From: Candidatus Nanopusillus sp.
GTDB taxonomy: Archaea > Nanobdellota > Nanobdellia > Nanobdellales > Nanobdellaceae
Reading direction: 5' to 3'
Assembly (NCBI GenBank): GCA_028275885.1
Contig: JAPWTW010000003.1
Coordinates: forward strand, 30,001-62,000
Length of the DNA: 32,000 nucleotides
Part shown: piece after piece, positions 8,462 through 16,003 of the stretch
Position numbering within the stretch: position 1 is the stretch's first letter
Layout of the letters: every line of letters begins with the position of its first letter
Notes under the pieces: model-generated
Databases searched by the model: none
Told to the model about the DNA's origin: nothing
Seen by the model: only the letters and a program-made list of their open reading frames with translations
Program-made: the position numbers and the translations under genes

Positions 8462-9461
8462 AGAAATTTTAATTGCTATATTACCATTAATATTGTCTTT
8501 TTTTATTTCATATTATCTAATAAAGAAGTGGATACCTGTTGCCCATAGAGAAGGATATGTAGGGAAAGATATGAATAAGTATAATAAACCAGAAGTGGCA
8601 GAAATTGGAGGTTTATATGCAATAATCGGTACAATATTTGGAATACTATTATATATAGGATTAAAAGTATATATATTTGGAACTACACAAAATTTGGTAG
8701 AAGTATTTTCAATATTAACACTATTATCATTAACTACAATATTGGGATTATTTGATGATATATTGGGATGGAAAAAAGGCATGAAACCTTTACAAAAGGT
8801 AATTCTATCATTTATACTAGCATTACCATTAATGATAATATCGGCAGGTAATTCATATATTAATCTACCATTTATAGGAGAAGTAAATCTTGGAATATTA
8901 TATCCACTATTAATAGTACCAATTATAATAATGGGTACATCAAATGCTTTCAATATGATCGCTGGATATAATGGTCTAGAAGGGTCTATGGGTATTTTAT
9001 TAATTGGCGCTGTTGGACTAAAATCATATTTAACTGGTAATTACTATTTAGCAGAGATATCTTTGATAACAATATTTTCAATAATAGCATTTCTAATATT
9101 TAATTGGTATCCATCAAAAGTATTTCCAGGAAATGCATTTACATATGGTATTGGATCATTATTCGGTGCAATAGTAATACTGGGAAATTTTGAAAAATTT
9201 GGATTAATTTTATTTACGCTATATTTCTTAGAATTAATATTATTTATTAGGGGATTATTAAATCATGTATATAAAGAAAATTTTGGAATACCTGATGAAA
9301 ATAATAATTTAAAAGAACCATATAACAAAATATACAGCATTACTCATCTTGCTATTAAGATAAATAGAAAATTATTTGGAAAAGCAACAGAAAAGATGGT
9401 AGTATATACAATAATTTTATTACAAATTGTAATAACGATAGCGGCTTTTTCATATGGATAA
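8451..9461 (+). CDS. aglH: UDP-GlcNAc:dolichyl-phosphate GlcNAc-1-phosphate transferase (GT4/MraY-WecA-GPT family, AglH-like)
   Basis: Family motifs: LGLFDDILGWKKG, NAFNMIAGYNGLEGS and VFPGNAFTYGIGS, in a polytopic membrane protein. It overlaps the aglB stop by 11 nt. Confidence 0.82.
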   Translation: MMYREILIAILPLILSFFISYYLIKKWIPVAHREGYVGKDMNKYNKPEVAEIGGLYAIIGTIFGILLYIGLKVYIFGTTQNLVEVFSILTLLSLTTILGLFDDILGWKKGMKPLQKVILSFILALPLMIISAGNSYINLPFIGEVNLGILYPLLIVPIIIMGTSNAFNMIAGYNGLEGSMGILLIGAVGLKSYLTGNYYLAEISLITIFSIIAFLIFNWYPSKVFPGNAFTYGIGSLFGAIVILGNFEKFGLILFTLYFLELILFIRGLLNHVYKENFGIPDENNNLKEPYNKIYSITHLAIKINRKLFGKATEKMVVYTIILLQIVITIAAFSYG

Positions 9462-11244
9462 TCTAATTTATATTTTTTTAAATAAAGATACAAAAAAATT
9501 AATTTATAATATTAGATTATTATATAATTTTTGTCAAAGAAATAATTTGAATCTAATTTGTATAACCTATAAGAAATATAAAGATATAGCAATAAAAATA
9601 AAAGAAAATTATAACTTAACATTTTATTTATTAGAGAATAAAAAAGACATTAGAAAATTAAAAATTGAAGGAAATAATATAATAATATTCAATAATATAA
9701 ACAAAAATATTTACGATATATATAGAAAAAGAAAATTCAAAGATGGGTTTATTGGTTTAATAAGAAAAAAATTCTTAATCTTTCATTTAATAGATTCTTA
9801 TATAATATTTGGAAAAAACATTAAAATATACGAAAATTTTTTATTAACATATTTAGGAAATAAAAAATTCTATATAGAAGAAAAATATAAAATTAATAGA
9901 TTTTTCTTGAAAGAATTATTTATTAATTTAATAATATATTATGATAAAACAATTAAGATTTTTAATAAAATATTAAATCTAAAATATTTCAAGGACTATA
10001 TACATGAAAAAATAGGATTGATAGCATACAAAGCTATCACTTTTTTATTATTAGTAATTTTAGCTAGAATATTAACAGATACATTCTATGGAGCATATGT
10101 ATCAATATATAATTTTTTAGGGTTGATTGCTGGAATAATAGGGGCTTCAAATATAATATTAACAAAATACTTATCAGAATATAAAGATAATAAATATATT
10201 AAAATTGATATATATTTAAAAATCGTTTTTTCATTATTCATTCTTCTAATTATTTTCATATTTTCAAATTATTTCTTATCTACAACTTTCTACGGATATA
10301 ATTTCTCAGATATATTAATTATATATATAACTGCAATATTGTTATCTTTAATTGGAATTTATTTTTCTATATTTTATTCACAATTAAATATAAAATCTGT
10401 TAAAAATCTATACCTATTAGAGTCATTACTTAAATTTATCTTTATAGTTTCTTTAACAATTATAATAATGAATAGAGGTTTTATATTTGGTCTATTTTTA
10501 ACTTATTTTATTTTAAATTTAATTTATCTATATAAATTAAGGAAAGGCAATATCAATTTTATATCAATATTAAGAGAAAAAATTAATTTTAATGATTTTA
10601 AAAAATATTTAAAATCTACCCTACTTATTAGTCTACCAATAACTTTGTTAGGTTTATATTCTTCTATAGACATACAAATCTTAAGGACATTTACAGACTA
10701 TAATACAGTTGGAGAATTTTATTCAGCATTAGTAATTGTATATACATTATCTGGAATATTTACTATAAATAATATAAAAATGCCTAGAATATTAAGATGG
10801 AAGAAAGAAAAAGTTATTAGAAATATAAATAAATTATTATTAATGCAACTTATAATTAATATTATATTAACTGGATTAATTATAATGATTGGACCTTATA
10901 TAATATTATTTATATTTGGAGAAAACTATCAATTATCTACAAATATAATAAAATATCTCTCCATTATCTTAATAATAAATTCACTTAATGTATATACCTT
11001 AGTATTATATAGAAAAGATATGGAAAAATATTATCCAATATATGCAATAACAACTACCCTCCTTTCAATAATTACAGATATTATATTGATATCAAACCTT
11101 AAACTATATGGAGCAATTGCTTCAGCAATACTAGCAAATCTATATATTGGATTAATAAGCTATATTATATATGAAACAAAATTCCATAATATCCCTTCCC
11201 GATCTATTTTTAGATATAATTACAAAGAAAATAGATATAAATAA
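9454..11244 (+). CDS. Wzx/MOP-type oligosaccharide flippase (Polysacc_synt-like) with an extra ~185-aa soluble N-terminal domain
   Basis: There are about 12-13 TM helices from residue ~190. Polysaccharide-biosynthesis/Wzx-like patterns are ARILTDTFYGAYVSIYNFLGLIAG and LISLPITLLGLYSSIDIQIL...VGEFYSALVIVY. It overlaps the aglH stop by 8 nt. Confidence 0.6.
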   Translation: MDNLIYIFLNKDTKKLIYNIRLLYNFCQRNNLNLICITYKKYKDIAIKIKENYNLTFYLLENKKDIRKLKIEGNNIIIFNNINKNIYDIYRKRKFKDGFIGLIRKKFLIFHLIDSYIIFGKNIKIYENFLLTYLGNKKFYIEEKYKINRFFLKELFINLIIYYDKTIKIFNKILNLKYFKDYIHEKIGLIAYKAITFLLLVILARILTDTFYGAYVSIYNFLGLIAGIIGASNIILTKYLSEYKDNKYIKIDIYLKIVFSLFILLIIFIFSNYFLSTTFYGYNFSDILIIYITAILLSLIGIYFSIFYSQLNIKSVKNLYLLESLLKFIFIVSLTIIIMNRGFIFGLFLTYFILNLIYLYKLRKGNINFISILREKINFNDFKKYLKSTLLISLPITLLGLYSSIDIQILRTFTDYNTVGEFYSALVIVYTLSGIFTINNIKMPRILRWKKEKVIRNINKLLLMQLIINIILTGLIIMIGPYIILFIFGENYQLSTNIIKYLSIILIINSLNVYTLVLYRKDMEKYYPIYAITTTLLSIITDIILISNLKLYGAIASAILANLYIGLISYIIYETKFHNIPSRSIFRYNYKENRYK

Positions 11245-12043
11245 AAGTACTGGAAACATAAATCAGGAGATTAAATTAAAAATTGGCGGAAATGCCACAA
11301 ATTTTTCAATTGCACTAAGTAAAATCGGAATTAAAAATAAATTAATAGCTGGATGTAATAAAATTTCTGAATTGGTATTTAAACAATATATAAAAGATAA
11401 AAAATTAAAGATAAAATTTTTACCAATATATATAGATATTTCTATTACTATTAGTTTAGAGGATAATGATAGAATTATGATAACAGATCCAAAAGGTATT
11501 CAAATTGGAATTAATGAAATAAAAAAATATGAAAAAATATTAAAGAAGACAAAATATATATTTTTCGGAAATTGGAATAATAATAAAAAATCCAATGAAT
11601 TATTAAAATATATAATTAATTTAAATAAAGATATTAAAATATATTTAGATATTGGAGATCCTTCAATAAATATTGAAAATTTAAATGAATTAATTAAAAT
11701 ATTGAAAGAAAATAGAATTTGGGTTTTAAGCTTGAATGAATATGAACTAGAATATTTAGGAAATTTCCTTAAACTAAATTATAAAAATTTATTAGATCTA
11801 GCAAATAAATTATATAAAATATTAAATGTAGAACATCTAGACATTCATTCTTCAGATTTTGTTTATTCTTTACCATCAGGAACATATATAAAAATTGAGA
11901 AAGTTAAACCAATAATATTAACAGGAGCAGGAGATACATGGAATGCTGGAAATTTTTATGGATATCTAAATAATTTAGATAATAAAGATAGATTAATTTT
12001 TGCAAATGAGATTGCTAAAAAATATATATTAAATGAATTTTAA
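11171..12043 (+). CDS. pfkB/ribokinase-family carbohydrate (or nucleoside) kinase
   Basis: Contains GGNATNFSIALSKIGI (pfkB motif 1) and TGAGDTWNAGNFYG (the GAGD anion-hole motif). The ATG at 11171 overlaps the flippase 3' end by 74 nt. Confidence 0.75.
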   Translation: MKQNSIISLPDLFLDIITKKIDINKSTGNINQEIKLKIGGNATNFSIALSKIGIKNKLIAGCNKISELVFKQYIKDKKLKIKFLPIYIDISITISLEDNDRIMITDPKGIQIGINEIKKYEKILKKTKYIFFGNWNNNKKSNELLKYIINLNKDIKIYLDIGDPSINIENLNELIKILKENRIWVLSLNEYELEYLGNFLKLNYKNLLDLANKLYKILNVEHLDIHSSDFVYSLPSGTYIKIEKVKPIILTGAGDTWNAGNFYGYLNNLDNKDRLIFANEIAKKYILNEF

Positions 12044-12061
12044 TATTCTTTATTTAAAAAA

Positions 12062-12132
12062 CGCCCCCGCCGGGATTTGAACCCGGGTCACGGGATCGAC
12101 AGTCCCGTATGCTGCCGCTACACCACGGAGGC
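12062..12132 (-). tRNA. tRNA-Asp (anticodon GUC)
   Basis: Manual cloverleaf: GCCTCCG-TG-GTGT-AGCGGCA-GCAT-A-CGGGA-CTGTCGA-TCCCG-TGAC-CCGGG-TTCAAAT-CCCGG-CGGGGGC-G. It is 71 nt with no intron and no CCA. Its 5' end abuts the stop codon of the upstream CDS (12133-12135). Confidence 0.9.
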
Positions 12133-12690
12133 CTAATATTCTCTATTATTTAATATACTTTTAATTTTTTCTTTAATTTTATTAAATATTTCTTCAGAAT
12201 ACGATTTTTTATATTCCCTTAATAAATTTATTAATTCTTGATCGATATAAATTATTTTATCATCTATTAAATATTGTATAAATTGTGTTAAATTTGAAGG
12301 GTTCTTTTTTAATCTTGCCCTTTCCCAATCTATTAAATAAATTTTATTATCTTTAATAATTATATGTTCATATGGTCTTCTCATTTCTTCCTTTTCAATT
12401 TTTAATCTATCTAATAAAAGTAAAATATCTAAAATCTTATCTAAATATTTTTTCTTTTCTTCTAAACTCAAATCTTCAAATTTTTTCCCATCAATATATT
12501 CCATCTCTATTTCCAAATTTTTGTCATCATAAGAGATTATCCTTGGAACAAAACCATAATTACTTAAAAAATCTAAAAAATATTTTTCTTTTTCATAGTT
12601 TTTATATAATTTATCTTTAAATTTTTTTATTATTGTACCTTTTTCAGTTAAAAAAATTTCAGAATGCCAGCCTTCATCAATTTTTTTCAT
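12133..12690 (-). CDS. Small Bud32/RIO-like kinase-fold protein with non-canonical catalytic loop
   Basis: By-eye alignment to Bud32-type kinases: IDEGWHSEIF (P-loop-like), TIIKKF (the VAIK Lys), GFVPRIISYD...IEMEYIDGKKF (hinge) and IYLIDWERA (DFG-like, Asp kept). The HxDxxxxN catalytic loop is replaced by EEMRRPYEHIII. ATGA overlap with the thrS stop. Confidence 0.45.
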   Translation of the reverse strand: MKKIDEGWHSEIFLTEKGTIIKKFKDKLYKNYEKEKYFLDFLSNYGFVPRIISYDDKNLEIEMEYIDGKKFEDLSLEEKKKYLDKILDILLLLDRLKIEKEEMRRPYEHIIIKDNKIYLIDWERARLKKNPSNLTQFIQYLIDDKIIYIDQELINLLREYKKSYSEEIFNKIKEKIKSILNNREY

Positions 12691-14057
12691 TCAAATATAA
12701 AGTTAAAATCTTCAAATAATCTATATTTCCTATTGTTTAGTTCCCCTAATGGCTTTTCAAGTTCTTCAATTAAATTATATAATTCCTCCTCTTTTATTTT
12801 CTTTTCTTCTATATTTTTTCTATTTATATTATAATATCTTATTGAATATATATTATCGTTTACCTCCTTTTCTCCAATATATATTATAATATATGGTTTA
12901 TATATTGATTCTAGTATTCTTGTCATATTACTTAATTGTATTTTTGTAGTTTCAATATTTACAACCCTAATTTCTTTATTTTTCAAATTATTATAAATTT
13001 TCATTGCATATTCTTTTATTTTATTATCTTTTTCTTTATCTCCAGTAAATATATCTAATATTGCAACCTGAATTGGAGTTAATACAAATGGCAATCTTCC
13101 TTTAAATGATTCTAAATATACACCAATAAATCTTTCTATAGAACCTAAATATGCTCTATGAATTATATATAGATTATCTATTCCGAAATAATCCTTTACT
13201 AATTCAATAAGTTTAAAGTTCCTTGGTAAATTAAAATCTAATTGTATAGTACCTAATTGCCATTCTTTTTCTCCAATTTTTAATGTAAAATCATATTTAG
13301 GACCATAAAATGCAGCTTCTCCAATTCCTTCATAAATAGAGAAATTATATTTATTTGCTAATTTATTTATTACATTTCTCATTACATCTTCAACATATTC
13401 CCAATCTTCTTTAGAACCAGAATATTCATTCATCTTATTTGGATCATGTAAACTTAATCTTACTTTAAATTCTGATGCTTTTAAATTTATATTAAATACT
13501 TTCTCATACAATAATATCATTTCATCTATTAACTTTTCAATTTCCTTTTCCAATAAATTCGGAGTAATAAATACATGAGAATCATCTTGGGTAAAAGATC
13601 TTACCCTTAATAATCCATAAACACTTCCAGAAGGCTCATATCTATGTACAGTACCCAATTCAAATGTTCTAAATGGTAATTTTATTTTTCTATATTTTTC
13701 TAATAAATTAATGAAAATTAATATGTGATGTGGACAATTCATTGGTTTAATTGCATATTCTTCATCTTCTATATTAAATATATACATATTTTGTTTATAA
13801 TATGAAAGATGACCTGAAATTTGATATAATAGGGTATTTGTAATAAATGGAGTTCTTACTAAATAGTATCCTCTTTTAACATGAAAATCTGTCAATATTT
13901 GAGATAAAATGTAGTATGTTAATCCACCTCCTAAAGAAAATAACTGTAGGCCTTTTCCCAAAAGATCACCAAAATTCCTATTTAACTTCTCTACCCTTCT
14001 GTCATGCTTTACCAATATATCTATTTCATCTCCAATATCTATATGGTCCTTTTCCAT
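12687..14057 (-). CDS. thrS: Threonyl-tRNA synthetase, catalytic + anticodon-binding domains only (no N-terminal editing domain)
   Basis: Class II ThrRS motifs: GYYLVRTPFI, SGHLSYYKQNMY, YAIKPMNCPHH, LPFRTFELGTVHRYEPSGSVYGLLRVRSFTQDDSHVF and HRAYLGSIERFIG, plus a C-terminal anticodon-binding fold. The protein is 456 aa and starts at the KDHIDIGDEIDIL (RDHRxLG-like) segment. Confidence 0.88.
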   Translation of the reverse strand: MEKDHIDIGDEIDILVKHDRRVEKLNRNFGDLLGKGLQLFSLGGGLTYYILSQILTDFHVKRGYYLVRTPFITNTLLYQISGHLSYYKQNMYIFNIEDEEYAIKPMNCPHHILIFINLLEKYRKIKLPFRTFELGTVHRYEPSGSVYGLLRVRSFTQDDSHVFITPNLLEKEIEKLIDEMILLYEKVFNINLKASEFKVRLSLHDPNKMNEYSGSKEDWEYVEDVMRNVINKLANKYNFSIYEGIGEAAFYGPKYDFTLKIGEKEWQLGTIQLDFNLPRNFKLIELVKDYFGIDNLYIIHRAYLGSIERFIGVYLESFKGRLPFVLTPIQVAILDIFTGDKEKDNKIKEYAMKIYNNLKNKEIRVVNIETTKIQLSNMTRILESIYKPYIIIYIGEKEVNDNIYSIRYYNINRKNIEEKKIKEEELYNLIEELEKPLGELNNRKYRLFEDFNFIFE

Positions 14058-14081
14058 TAAAAAAATATAAATTAAAAAGTT

Positions 14082-14552
14082 TTATAAAAATAATTTATTT
14101 ATTTCATAATAAACTATATCATTTTCTATATCAATTATTGCCAACAAAATTTTATTTAAATTCCTTGAGTCCATAAAATTTAAAATATCTTTAATGTACA
14201 GAAATTCATTTTCATATATTGGATAAACATAATATAAAACTTTTTCTTTTTTATAATCTGCATATAAAATAATTGAGTCATTTTCTATATCTAAATAATA
14301 TCCTTTATTTCTTAAATCTTCAAATACATAAAATTTCTTCATATTTAATATATTTTTATATTTTTTAATAAAATCTAAAAAGTTATTTATTCCTTCTAAT
14401 TTTATCCATCCTTTTTTTATACAATATAAAACTTCTTCTGGCTCTAAAATAATATAATCTTTATCAATTTTCCCAATTCTTCCTATTTTGTCATAAAATT
14501 CTTTATTTAAAATAAATTTATTATTAAATTCCTTGATTATAATTTTTTCCAT
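14082..14552 (-). CDS. tRNA-splicing endonuclease, structural (beta) subunit
   Basis: Endonuclease-fold signature FYVFEDLRNKGYYL, but no catalytic His/Lys downstream. Its start overlaps the 3' end of the catalytic subunit gene by 16 nt. Confidence 0.6.
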   Translation of the reverse strand: MEKIIIKEFNNKFILNKEFYDKIGRIGKIDKDYIILEPEEVLYCIKKGWIKLEGINNFLDFIKKYKNILNMKKFYVFEDLRNKGYYLDIENDSIILYADYKKEKVLYYVYPIYENEFLYIKDILNFMDSRNLNKILLAIIDIENDIVYYEINKLFL

Positions 14553-14965
14553 CTTACTTCTAAAAATATATAATTATTATTATCCTTTACACAATATAAA
14601 ATTCTTTTTCTAGTACTATGTGCAACTCTATTTTTTGCTAAAAAATCATATATATCTATTTTTTCATTAATATTTATTGGAATAGCAACCCACTTTGAAT
14701 GTTCTTTTATATCCTCATATATTCTAAATATGCCACCAAATTTTAATCCTGTACCTAAATGATAACCCTTCTCTCTAAAATATTTATATATATTATAGTA
14801 TAATTTAATTTTTTCATCTTTTAGAAAATAATTTATATCCAATTTATTATTTTTCTCATCATATACTTCAATCTCATTTTTTTCTAATAAATATAAAACT
14901 TCATAAAAATATAAAACATTATCCTCCAACAAGAATATATTATCCTTATATAATACTCTTTTCAT
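14537..14965 (-). CDS. endA: tRNA-splicing endonuclease, catalytic (alpha) subunit
   Basis: YKYFREKGYHLGTGLKFGGIFRIYEDIKEHSKWVAIP...RVAHSTRKRIL carries the Y / H / K catalytic triad pattern of archaeal EndA. The short 142-aa form is typical of heteromeric (alpha2beta2) enzymes. Confidence 0.8.
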   Translation of the reverse strand: MKRVLYKDNIFLLEDNVLYFYEVLYLLEKNEIEVYDEKNNKLDINYFLKDEKIKLYYNIYKYFREKGYHLGTGLKFGGIFRIYEDIKEHSKWVAIPININEKIDIYDFLAKNRVAHSTRKRILYCVKDNNNYIFLEVRWKKL

Positions 14966-14997
14966 CTAAATTTTAAATTATAAAAAATATATAAAAA

Positions 14998-15070
14998 TGC
15001 CGCCGGTGGGATTTGAACCCACGACCTGTGGATTACAAGTCCACCGCTCTACCAACTGAGCTACGGCGGC
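14998..15070 (-). tRNA. tRNA-Thr (anticodon UGU)
   Basis: Manual cloverleaf: GCCGCCG-TA-GCTC-AGTTGGTA-GAGC-G-GTGGA-CTTGTAA-TCCAC-AGGTC-GTGGG-TTCAAAT-CCCAC-CGGCGGC-A. It is 73 nt with no intron and no CCA. Confidence 0.93.
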
Positions 15071-15104
15071 AATAAAATATAAGATAATAAAAAAGTTAAA
15101 ATCT

Positions 15105-15956
15105 TTAACTTCCTCCTAAAGAAACTACCGATTGAGCTAAAACAGCTGGTATAGCCCCTCCATATTGTGATGTATATCCATTTACCGGTGTTATTTGTAT
15201 ATTATAATTTTCATTTGTTGATAATCCAATAGGTAGATAATACATTATCTCATATAATTCTCCAGTTGTTAAATATACACTTTCCTGACTTATAGATAAT
15301 CCAATTATTGCATATGGATTTTGAATTCCAGCTTCATTCATTGATTGCAATATTTGGAATACTTGATTTATACTTAATGGATATCCAATTATTGAAGAAT
15401 TCAATCCTATTGTACATGAAACTAAAGTTCCATTTACATATGTAAAGTTTGTATATATATATTGATTTGTGAAATTATTTAGTATAGAACATACCTTTGA
15501 ATTATTTATTGTTACATTTTGTACATTTACTTGATTATTAAACATAAATCCTGTTATTATAAAGCTCCCTCCCTGTAATATACCATATATTGCTGTAGGA
15601 TAATATTGAGAGGGTGCATATGAATACACATTTCCTTTGCTATCTGTAATTAAAGTACTTACATATTCAAAATTAATTGGATTGGAACCTGGCATTAATG
15701 TTACAACTGGTCCTAAGACAGTTATTTTCTGTAAATAATTATTTAATTGACCATTTGATGGATCATATTGATATCCAAATACTTGAGTAATTTGCATACC
15801 TGTTGATATTCTTTGTTCGGCTTGAGCACCTGTTTGTAATGCTCTTGATTGTAAAGAGCTTGCTGTATATATTATTACACCGGCCGCTACTGCTGCTGTT
15901 ACTATTATTGCTATTAATATAATTAATGTTGACAAACCAAACTGTGCCCTTACCAT
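15105..15956 (-). CDS. arlB: Archaellin (FlaB/ArlB family)
   Basis: MVRA|QFGLSTLIILIAIIVTAAVAAGVIIYTASSLQSRALQTGAQAEQRISTGMQI is the conserved archaellin N-terminal domain with a very short class III signal. The motif LMPGSNPINF matches the archaellin (a)GSxPI motif. Confidence 0.85.
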   Translation of the reverse strand: MVRAQFGLSTLIILIAIIVTAAVAAGVIIYTASSLQSRALQTGAQAEQRISTGMQITQVFGYQYDPSNGQLNNYLQKITVLGPVVTLMPGSNPINFEYVSTLITDSKGNVYSYAPSQYYPTAIYGILQGGSFIITGFMFNNQVNVQNVTINNSKVCSILNNFTNQYIYTNFTYVNGTLVSCTIGLNSSIIGYPLSINQVFQILQSMNEAGIQNPYAIIGLSISQESVYLTTGELYEIMYYLPIGLSTNENYNIQITPVNGYTSQYGGAIPAVLAQSVVSLGGS

Positions 15957-16003
15957 AATGAATTAAAAGATTTTAAACATTATAAATTTTACCTAAAAAG
16001 TAG

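Noticed and set aside
8513-8953. 146-aa minus-strand ORF antisense to the GlcNAc-1-P transferase gene
   Set aside because: The plus-strand frame carries the diagnostic DD, NxxNxxxGxNGLEG and VFPGN motifs. The antisense product has no recognisable features.
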